From positions 1,138-65,137 of the IMG/VR virus record IMGVR_UViG_3300028920_000071: DNA of 64,000 nucleotides; one strand, given 5' to 3'. Source of the stretch: a virus (lineage: Duplodnaviria; Caudoviricetes). Both the position numbers and the translations under genes were made by a program. Of this stretch, positions 36,472 to 44,456 are shown in pieces (position 1 is the first letter of the stretch; every line of letters begins with the position of its first letter). The notes beneath the pieces are model-generated. The model saw nothing but the letters and a program-made list of their open reading frames with translations. It was not told the DNA's origin and did no database searches.

Positions 36472-36697
36472 AGAAATCCTTGAACTTGAATTTCAGATTT
36501 CGTACATTATGAAGATTCCTTTTGGTCAAACTTTTGACCAATTGGAATTCTTTGAATTCCTTTGGCTCTACGAAAGACTAGTAAAAGAGAAACAAAAGGA
36601 GAATGAAAATATAAATAGTACTAGTAGCCTAAATATAGGCGCTGGCGAGCAAAAAGATGCAGCTGCCGAAATGTTAAGATCAGAGGGATTAATGTAA
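36404..36697 (+). CDS. gp51: gp51-like chaperone segment, probably reached by +1 frameshift from gp26
   Basis: LKEILELEFQISY..KI......LEFFE..WLYERL pattern; the called GTG start has no SD; overlaps the gp26 end in the +1 frame. Confidence 0.6.
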   Translation: MEVQPLWGLRFSPLSYFPILSLKEILELEFQISYIMKIPFGQTFDQLEFFEFLWLYERLVKEKQKENENINSTSSLNIGAGEQKDAAAEMLRSEGLM

Positions 36698-36698
36698 T

Positions 36699-38810
36699 AT
36701 GTTAAAAACCAAAGACAAAACAGAAAATACACAAACTTCGACTTTCCTTACTATTAAACAACTTTTAAAATCTAGGGATGCTAAAAGCACAGGACCTCTA
36801 TCTAAATTTGGAGATAAAAAGGTTCTTGATACATTTAGTTTATTAAATAAAAATATTTCAGATTTAAATAAATTTATTAAAAATCTTGGAAGTCTAAATC
36901 AAAAGAAAAAACCAGAAGTTGTTAAGAAAAAGAATTATGATGCGTTGATGCTTAAAGAAATAAAACAACTTAGCGAGATGGAAAAAGATAATCAAAAGAG
37001 TTTTAAAAAATTATCTGAAAGTTTAAGTTTTCTAAAAATATTTGATATTGGTAAATGGCTAGCCGTTGGTGCTGGTGCATTGTGGATGTTAACAACTTCC
37101 AATAAATTTATTGCACCTATTAGAGAAAAGATTTTTGAGTTTACAGGTAAGATATGGGAATGGATGCAACCAGGACTCATAACTATAAAAGATAAGTTTA
37201 CGGGTTGGATAATGGATGATATGTTACCAGCTATTGGTAAAGCTTTAGTTATGAACATGAATTCCGCTATTCCAAAGGCATTGTTTAAATATGGAAATAT
37301 TACAAAAGCTATAGGTGGTGTTTTTCAAAAATCATTTAAAATTTTAGCAAACCCAGCAGGATGGTTGCTTAAATCTTTTGGTTCTATATTTGGTAAAATT
37401 GCAGGAAAAGCCGGACTAAAAGCAGGCGGAAAAGCTATTGGAAAAGGAGTGTCAAAAACAGCGGCTAAAAAGATACCAGTAGTTGGTGCTATTATAGGTT
37501 TAGTTTTTGGTATTCAGCGTTTTATGAAAGGTGATGTTATTGGTGGATTAATGGAAGTTGGATCGGGTATTGCTTCAATCTTTCCTGGTGTTGGTACTGC
37601 TATTAGTATTGCTATTGATGGCGCATTGATTTTTAGAGATTTAAAAGGTGGTAAAGCGCTTGATAAAAAAATTCAAGATAAAGCATTATCAGCTACTAAA
37701 TGGTCGCTTGATAAATTAAAGAAAGTACCAGGAATTGGACTTTTTGTTGGTATTTGGGATGGTATTAAAAAAGTTACATCTGGTAAAAAGATGGCTGGAC
37801 TTAAAGCAATAGGTAATGCGCTTCTTGGTGCTTTTCCTGGTGGCGCAGCTGCTAAAATTTTAGGTAAAACATGGGGATTTATTAGTAATTTTGCAAAAGA
37901 TATAGGAGAAGAATCAACTTCTCCTCCAGTTAGTACTAGTGGAGTAGACGCTGTAACTGGAGCCGCGTCTTTCACATCTCCTAGAATAACAGGTCGGGAA
38001 TCCATTCAAGAAATGATAAAAAGGAACGAGGGATTAAGATTAAAAGCTTATCAAGATACATCAAAAGGTTATTCTATAGGATATGGACATTTTGTTGCTG
38101 GCAAATCTTTAAAAGGCAAAACAATAACGGAAAAAGAAGCAGATAGATTATTCCAAGAAGATTATAATAAAGTGGTTGGTAATATAAGAAATAATTTTGG
38201 ACCTAATCCTCCACGAAGTTTTCAAAAATTAGATGCAAATGCAAAAGCTGCGGTTATAGATTTAACGTATAATATGGGTCCCGGATGGTTTACTAGAGGT
38301 AGCGGAAAATATTGGGGTAATTTGGTTACAGCTATTACAGGTGGAGATAAAGAGGGAATAAAAGAAGCAATAGGAAAAAGTTTATATGCAAAACAAGTTG
38401 GAAGAAGAGCTTCTCAAAATATAGCTTTATTAACAGGTGAATCAGTTGATCCATCTCAATTCAAAAGGGGAATGGGAGATATAATTGGTGATATTGCTGG
38501 TGGCACAGTGGATAAAACTGGTGGATTACTTAGTGGTGGTTTAGATGCATCAATAAGAGGTATGGTTAAAGCAAGAAAGTGGTTAATTGAAAGAACTCCG
38601 GGTATAGATAAAGAATCTAGATTAAAAAATCTACCACAAGAGTATTTAAAAGAACCAGAAAAGAAAGAAGAAAAGACACAAGAAGTTAAAATTGCAGATA
38701 CATCTATTGAAAATTTATCAAAGGCTTTTGTTGCTGAATTAGATAGAAATAGAAGAGCTAAAGAAGGATCTCCTAGAAAACCTTCAATGGGTGCTAGTGG
38801 TTCTTTTTAA
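36699..38810 (+). CDS. Tape measure/baseplate hub protein with GH24 lysozyme domain
   Basis: G/A/K-rich amphipathic repeats (KKIPVVGAIIG..FG..RF..GD..GG..E..SG); IKRNEGLRLKAYQDTSKGYSIGYGH and DLTYNMG lysozyme motifs. Confidence 0.82.
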   Translation: MLKTKDKTENTQTSTFLTIKQLLKSRDAKSTGPLSKFGDKKVLDTFSLLNKNISDLNKFIKNLGSLNQKKKPEVVKKKNYDALMLKEIKQLSEMEKDNQKSFKKLSESLSFLKIFDIGKWLAVGAGALWMLTTSNKFIAPIREKIFEFTGKIWEWMQPGLITIKDKFTGWIMDDMLPAIGKALVMNMNSAIPKALFKYGNITKAIGGVFQKSFKILANPAGWLLKSFGSIFGKIAGKAGLKAGGKAIGKGVSKTAAKKIPVVGAIIGLVFGIQRFMKGDVIGGLMEVGSGIASIFPGVGTAISIAIDGALIFRDLKGGKALDKKIQDKALSATKWSLDKLKKVPGIGLFVGIWDGIKKVTSGKKMAGLKAIGNALLGAFPGGAAAKILGKTWGFISNFAKDIGEESTSPPVSTSGVDAVTGAASFTSPRITGRESIQEMIKRNEGLRLKAYQDTSKGYSIGYGHFVAGKSLKGKTITEKEADRLFQEDYNKVVGNIRNNFGPNPPRSFQKLDANAKAAVIDLTYNMGPGWFTRGSGKYWGNLVTAITGGDKEGIKEAIGKSLYAKQVGRRASQNIALLTGESVDPSQFKRGMGDIIGDIAGGTVDKTGGLLSGGLDASIRGMVKARKWLIERTPGIDKESRLKNLPQEYLKEPEKKEEKTQEVKIADTSIENLSKAFVAELDRNRRAKEGSPRKPSMGASGSF

Positions 38811-38828
38811 TTAACATAAGGAATAATT

Positions 38829-39824
38829 ATGGGATTTATAAAAAACATGTTAGGTAAGTCACTCTTTACAGAGGAATCATATAAGGGTGCAATAGGTAAA
38901 AACTCTACTGATAGTAAGTTTGGTTTTCTTCCGGGTTATTCTTGTATTATGTTAAAACCAACCATTAAAAGAATCAAACAAGACCAAAAAGAACCTTCTG
39001 TTATTGGTATAATTAAAGGAAACCTAGAACTCAACTATCAAGCATCATGGGAACCTTTGGGAAGTTTATCTAATATTGTTCAAAGTATTCCATTAATAGG
39101 TGGCGGCGCAGCTGGTCTTGTAGGAACAGCCGAAGGAGCAGGAACTAGACTATCAACTTTAGCTGGTGGAGCAGCTATTGGATCAGTTTTTGCATCAAAG
39201 TTAGTTTATCAAAAAAGTGGATATTTACAAATAAACCCATCATTTAGAATTGTAGATTGGAAAGGAAATGCAGATCCATTAAAAGGAGCATTTTTAATAG
39301 CTAGTTTTTGTACACCTTTTGAATCTAATTCAAATATTTTTGATGACATATTGAATCTATTAAAAGATTGGACTGAGGATAGTCCTGAACAAATACAAAA
39401 AGTTGTAGAACTTCTTAATCAAGGTGTTGGTTTAACAGCCGATGCAATTACATATCTTAAAGAGAATTTGAAACAACTTGGAGATAAAGCCGGAGTTGGC
39501 CAGCCAGTAGAAAATATATTTAATAATATAATGCAGGAAGTTGAAGAAGATTATCTTTCTATTAGATCAGCACCGGTTCCTTTAGAAGTTGTTATAGGTC
39601 AATATTTCCACCATTATGATATGGTTCTTACGAATGCTAATCTTTCGTTTTCAAAAGAAATGACTAAAAATGGACCTTTATATGTTGATGTTAATTTACA
39701 GTTGACTTCTAGGAAAATTATTGGGGGAACTGATGATATTGGTTTTCAAAGTCGAGTTTCAAAACAAAGATATTTTGAAGAATCAGATGAAAAAGCTACT
39801 AGAAATTATGCAACTAAGGAATAG
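38829..39824 (+). CDS. Baseplate/tail-tube cap candidate (gp48-like)
   Basis: Position between tape measure and gp53; C-terminal P.P..V.IG......MVLTN....F......GP....V.L.L pattern. Confidence 0.45.
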   Translation: MGFIKNMLGKSLFTEESYKGAIGKNSTDSKFGFLPGYSCIMLKPTIKRIKQDQKEPSVIGIIKGNLELNYQASWEPLGSLSNIVQSIPLIGGGAAGLVGTAEGAGTRLSTLAGGAAIGSVFASKLVYQKSGYLQINPSFRIVDWKGNADPLKGAFLIASFCTPFESNSNIFDDILNLLKDWTEDSPEQIQKVVELLNQGVGLTADAITYLKENLKQLGDKAGVGQPVENIFNNIMQEVEEDYLSIRSAPVPLEVVIGQYFHHYDMVLTNANLSFSKEMTKNGPLYVDVNLQLTSRKIIGGTDDIGFQSRVSKQRYFEESDEKATRNYATKE

Positions 39825-39826
39825 TT

Positions 39827-40159
39827 ATGGCAAAATATAGCAGAGTAAATTTTTATAAGCAGGTAACAGTAAATAATCGTTTAGAAAATGATTTAGTTAG
39901 AAATTACTGGGAATTATTTGAGATTAAAAGACCATTAACTTTCATAAATCTTTCTAGACATTATCAACAAAGACCAGATTTACTTTCATATTTTGTTTAT
40001 AAAGATGTTCAATATTGGTGGATTATTTCAAAATATAATGGTATAGATGATTGGTGGAATGATGTTGAAATCGGAGCTACTATTGCTATACCAGATATTA
40101 GAGATATAGATGATTGGTATGTAAATGTTTTATCGTTGACGACTAGGAATAGCACATAA
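39827..40159 (+). CDS. gp53: Baseplate wedge protein, T4 gp53-like (LysM-like)
   Basis: RPDLLSYFVY....YWWII..YNGI.D......G..I.IP. Confidence 0.8.
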   Translation: MAKYSRVNFYKQVTVNNRLENDLVRNYWELFEIKRPLTFINLSRHYQQRPDLLSYFVYKDVQYWWIISKYNGIDDWWNDVEIGATIAIPDIRDIDDWYVNVLSLTTRNST

Positions 40160-41364
40160 TGCCAGAAACACAAACAATAACTCCAGGTGGACAAAAATAT
40201 TATCTTAGTTTTACTATTAAAGGCAAAAAACTTGATCCTAATAATATTATATCTGTTACTGTAGTAGAACGAGTTTATGAAGTTTTACCAAAAATAGACT
40301 TACAGTTGAAATACGATCCATCATTTTTTGAACAGTTTGCCATAGAAGATAATGATGAATTTTCTATTGAGATGGCTAACGAACCAAGAAATCCAAATAT
40401 AACTAAAATTGATGGAGTTATTCATGATTATAAAATAGCAGTTATGCCAGATGATTCCGGATGGTTTATAGAGATAACAGGATTTTTGAAAACCAAAAAT
40501 ATGTTTCAAACACAAACTATGAGTTATCCATCGAAAACATCAGAACAAGTTTTACAGGAAGTTGCTACCGATGCAGGACTAGTTTTTAAAAATCCACAAA
40601 ATGTTATTCCATCAGATAAAATGAATTGGTATCAATTAGGTCAAAGAAATTTGGATTTTATAGAACATGTTGTGAAAAGAGCTTATATACACAATGATGG
40701 TATTTTTGTTTATGCTAATCATAAAGGAGAATTAATTTATACATCATTAAATAAAGAAATTAATAAGACTGGTGGAAAACTAGCTAAATTTAGTGCTGAA
40801 AATTTTTCAAATTGGAATCCAGAAGAAAAGGATGAAACACTTTGGTATAATTCTTATGAAATAATAAACTTACAAGGAACATTTAATAAAGATTCTAATT
40901 ATGGTGGTTGTTGTTGTTATTATGATTTAACTAAACCAGTTCCCATAGAGTATTCAGATTTTAATAAAATGGCAGAACTTTCTTTTATAGATAAAGAATT
41001 AAAAGGAAAAACAATTTTTGGTTTTTATGGTGGTTTTTTTAATAATAGAAACATGTATGGTGAAACTGGGGATGGATATTTTGAATCTTATCTTAGAAAT
41101 TATTTCCTAAGAAATATATTACTTGGATTTAATATTCAATTAAATATAAATTCAGTTGCTGAAGTTAATTTGTTTGATTCTATAAAACTGGATATTAAAT
41201 CTAGAATGGCAAATGCACCAGATAGAATGTATTCTGGAAACTATTTAATAACTGAAATTCAATATATAATTGAAGAAAATGGAATTTTTCAAAAAAGAAT
41301 ATTTTTAAGTAGAAACGGTTTTAATAAACCAGACCAGAAACAGTTTATACCAAGGAATTATTAA
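40159..41364 (+). CDS. Baseplate hub protein (gp27-like)
   Basis: SY..KTS..V...A, D.MNWYQ....DF...V..A, YSG.YLIT.I; directly upstream of the spike. Confidence 0.6.
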   Translation: MPETQTITPGGQKYYLSFTIKGKKLDPNNIISVTVVERVYEVLPKIDLQLKYDPSFFEQFAIEDNDEFSIEMANEPRNPNITKIDGVIHDYKIAVMPDDSGWFIEITGFLKTKNMFQTQTMSYPSKTSEQVLQEVATDAGLVFKNPQNVIPSDKMNWYQLGQRNLDFIEHVVKRAYIHNDGIFVYANHKGELIYTSLNKEINKTGGKLAKFSAENFSNWNPEEKDETLWYNSYEIINLQGTFNKDSNYGGCCCYYDLTKPVPIEYSDFNKMAELSFIDKELKGKTIFGFYGGFFNNRNMYGETGDGYFESYLRNYFLRNILLGFNIQLNINSVAEVNLFDSIKLDIKSRMANAPDRMYSGNYLITEIQYIIEENGIFQKRIFLSRNGFNKPDQKQFIPRNY

Positions 41365-41366
41365 TT

Positions 41367-42086
41367 ATGGTTAAGAATGTTAGAGAAAATTTTCAAAGAC
41401 AATTAACAAAACAAATGGATCAAACCGTTTATAAAGAATATGGTACATCTATCAGAGAATCATATATCGATTATTATAATACATTTGTTGGAAAAGTTAT
41501 TGATAATAATGATCCTGATAAACTTGGTAGATGTAAGATAAGAGTATATGGTGTTTTTGGTGGTGAGATACCAAATGATGATTTACCTTGGGCAACTCCT
41601 GATATGAATTTTGTAGGTTCTAAATTGGGTTCTTTTGTTGTTCCACCTGTAGACGCTTTAGTAAAAGTCTATTTTAATGCAGGTGACATTTATCAACCAC
41701 ATTATACAACTAAAGTAGTAGATGAAAACAACCAACCATCTCAAAAGGATACAGATTATCCAGATAATATGGTTTTGTTTGAAACTGATGATGGAGATTA
41801 TTTAACTGTAAATAGAAAAACTAAGGAAACGACATTTAATCATAATTCGGGAACAAAAATAGTAATAGATAAAGAAGGTTCAATTGAAATAACTGTTAGA
41901 AAAGATCAAACTATTACTACAGTAGGTGATTTAAAATTGAATCATACAGGTTCGTTGAAAGTTCAAGGTATTGTAGCGACACCAATACCACCACCAGGTG
42001 GACCTTTATGTGCATTACCGAGTTGTTTATATACTGGCGCTCCACATTCTGGAAATACTGCACCAACGGGGCCTCCAGTACCTTAA
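41367..42086 (+). CDS. gp5: Baseplate central spike, gp5-like OB-fold + beta-helix (no lysozyme)
   Basis: GKVIDNNDPDKLGRCKIRV...LPWA.P....G...VPP....V.V.F..GD...P.Y; HNSGT.I.ID..G repeats; C-terminal C-x4-C-x6-H. Confidence 0.88.
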   Translation: MVKNVRENFQRQLTKQMDQTVYKEYGTSIRESYIDYYNTFVGKVIDNNDPDKLGRCKIRVYGVFGGEIPNDDLPWATPDMNFVGSKLGSFVVPPVDALVKVYFNAGDIYQPHYTTKVVDENNQPSQKDTDYPDNMVLFETDDGDYLTVNRKTKETTFNHNSGTKIVIDKEGSIEITVRKDQTITTVGDLKLNHTGSLKVQGIVATPIPPPGGPLCALPSCLYTGAPHSGNTAPTGPPVP

Positions 42087-42100
42087 TTAAGGAGTTTTAA

Positions 42101-43972
42101 ATGGCTGTTCAACAGATAACTTCAGAGGGTGAAAAACTTTCGGCAATTATTAGACATAGAATAGACGAATATTTCAACGAATTTAATATCCCGGATTCTG
42201 ATATTTATGCACTTTTTGTGGAGTCAGAAGACCCAGATGTTATTCCAAGAAGGCTTGGTGTTTTAGGACATATTTCGGTTGTGAATGGTTTAAAAGAATA
42301 TGCCAATAACTATTGTCATATTCCTTTAACAGCCAACGGCTATGCAGTAGGATTGGAGATTGGATTTGACAATCTAAATGTTTCGACGGTGGGATTGCCG
42401 AGTTCTAGTGATATTGATTATTTTCCATTGTATATGATGCCGATGACATTGAGAGATGATAATGCGTATATTACAGACCGAGAAGAGGCAATGCGAAAGT
42501 TACTAAGAACAGCTATTCTTTGGTTTAGTGTACCGTTTTTGGAAGCAACAACGCACTATCTTGACGACAAATTCTACTTTGATTCAAGATTAAATTTTGG
42601 ATTTGGCCCGGCATACGAAGATGTTGATAATGTAGTAGATGCTGTTCTGAATAAAATGGATGAATTGACATTACAAGGAACGGTTTCTTTTAAAAAATAT
42701 TGGGATGTTACGGCATCTGGTATAGTTGATTTATTGAATATGAATGGGCTTTTTTCAACTGCAGTTGACGTTGGAATTGGTGCTATCTATAATGCGACTC
42801 TACCAGCCGCTGTTCCATTGCTTCCACCGTATTTTGGATATATTGAAGGCACAGCTGAATTTAAAACGGACTTTTATACCCATGTTGATTTTCAGATTTT
42901 GGATGGTATTCTTGGTATACCAGATATTGTAGTCCCTTATTCTGTAAAGGTAAACCCAGATTTTCCGACTATCATATACAAAGATGTTTTGATGAATGCT
43001 AATGTGATAATGGAAACGAACTATATGTTACCAAGGGTTGAAGGAAATGTTACAAACATATTGGATAATCTTGAAGAGGCAACTAAACGAGCAATCAATA
43101 CTGAAAGTGATTTTGTGTATAGGAAATTGGTGAGAGATTCTGAATTAACTGAAGTTCAGATTGTTATTCATGTTTTGGATATAATGAGAACGTTGATTTT
43201 AGTTAACGATGTTGCTGACGAATTAATGAGTAGTATAGGAGACCATCTCGAAAATGGAGCCAAATTATTTACAAGTGTTACGAGAATACCGATATGGAAG
43301 ACTGCCATGACAACCATTGTACCTTATGGTTATTCTATTTATCTTGAGGAAATTCTCCCAGACTTTATTGAAGTTCTACCAAAGATAAATACAGCTATAG
43401 AAAATGTAATAACATCGGTTAATAAGGCAACCAGTAATTTCGGAACTGTTGGAATAGAGTCAATTAAGGAGATAACTTCAAGTAAACTCGTAAATATAGC
43501 GGTTCAGTTAAAGTATTTTTTTAATGACGATGATGTTTTTTCATATGAAGAAGTGTTGGTTGATTATGCAAAAATTGCCGCCTTTGTTCTTCTTTTAGGT
43601 AATGTTGTGAAGGCACAAGCTAACGTAAAAATTACTGAAAATACGAATGCACTTACGACGGCAACAGCACTATTGGCGGCAACGAAGACAGCTAATGAGG
43701 GATTTGCTAATAATCCATCAACTGCAGCGACTTTTGTGGCCAATGAAGAGGCATATGAGGCACAAAAATTAGTAACTCCTTTACCTGGTTCGGAAGTAAG
43801 TACAACAGATCCGGATTATGCGGCACAACTTGCTGTGATAACGCCAATCGAAACAGCATTTATGACTTATGCGAATGGAAAGAAAACAAGTATCAATGCC
43901 CAAGTTGCCGCAATTAATCCAGAAGAAATTTTAGAAAGACTTAGAAAGGGTGAACCAGTTTTTGAATTGTAA
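42101..43972 (+). CDS. Hypothetical 623-aa protein downstream of the spike
   Basis: AAGGAG SD; long ORF, no recognisable motif; codon usage visibly richer in NCG codons than neighbours. Confidence 0.7.
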   Translation: MAVQQITSEGEKLSAIIRHRIDEYFNEFNIPDSDIYALFVESEDPDVIPRRLGVLGHISVVNGLKEYANNYCHIPLTANGYAVGLEIGFDNLNVSTVGLPSSSDIDYFPLYMMPMTLRDDNAYITDREEAMRKLLRTAILWFSVPFLEATTHYLDDKFYFDSRLNFGFGPAYEDVDNVVDAVLNKMDELTLQGTVSFKKYWDVTASGIVDLLNMNGLFSTAVDVGIGAIYNATLPAAVPLLPPYFGYIEGTAEFKTDFYTHVDFQILDGILGIPDIVVPYSVKVNPDFPTIIYKDVLMNANVIMETNYMLPRVEGNVTNILDNLEEATKRAINTESDFVYRKLVRDSELTEVQIVIHVLDIMRTLILVNDVADELMSSIGDHLENGAKLFTSVTRIPIWKTAMTTIVPYGYSIYLEEILPDFIEVLPKINTAIENVITSVNKATSNFGTVGIESIKEITSSKLVNIAVQLKYFFNDDDVFSYEEVLVDYAKIAAFVLLLGNVVKAQANVKITENTNALTTATALLAATKTANEGFANNPSTAATFVANEEAYEAQKLVTPLPGSEVSTTDPDYAAQLAVITPIETAFMTYANGKKTSINAQVAAINPEEILERLRKGEPVFEL

Positions 43973-44019
43973 TAATAAATATAAAAGGATACATAGATAG
44001 ATATACAACTTATAATTAT

Positions 44020-44027
44020 TATAAATA
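44020..44027 (+). promoter_or_regulatory. T4-type late promoter TATAAATA
   Basis: Intergenic consensus upstream of gp25. Confidence 0.7.
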
Positions 44028-44055
44028 TAATTAAGGCATAAATAAAGGTATTATT

Positions 44056-44445
44056 ATGGCAAATAGATTTTTACTTTCAGATAACTGGGCACAAGATCTC
44101 GATAAGAATGGAACATCTAATGGAGAGATTAAAGATACAGATGTGTTGGCTCAAAGTATTGAAATGATTCTAGTTACAATTTATGGTGAAAGATTATTCA
44201 ATTTAACCTTTGGTTGTAGTTTAACCAGAAAGGTTTTTGAGAATATGTCTCCAGCCTTAGCTGAAGAGTTATTAGATGAAGTAGCAGCTGCCATAAAAAG
44301 ATGGGAAGATAGAATTCAAGTAATTGAAGCACAAATGAGGCTTATATTTAATAGAGATCAAAATTCACTTATTCTTATTATTCCATATTATGTTAAGAAA
44401 ACTGGAGTAACTTCAGTATTTAAAAAGAAACTTGTTAACTTTTAA
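44056..44445 (+). CDS. gp25: Baseplate wedge/sheath initiator, T4 gp25-like
   Basis: QSIEMILVT..GERLFN..FGC.L...VFEN...AIKRWEDRI. Confidence 0.92.
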   Translation: MANRFLLSDNWAQDLDKNGTSNGEIKDTDVLAQSIEMILVTIYGERLFNLTFGCSLTRKVFENMSPALAEELLDEVAAAIKRWEDRIQVIEAQMRLIFNRDQNSLILIIPYYVKKTGVTSVFKKKLVNF

Positions 44446-44456
44446 GAGGATAAAAA

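Noticed and set aside
13288-36617. Intragenic TATAAATA hits (13288, 34884, 36610 and others)
   Set aside because: Expected by chance in such AT-rich DNA; only intergenic or well-positioned copies were annotated.
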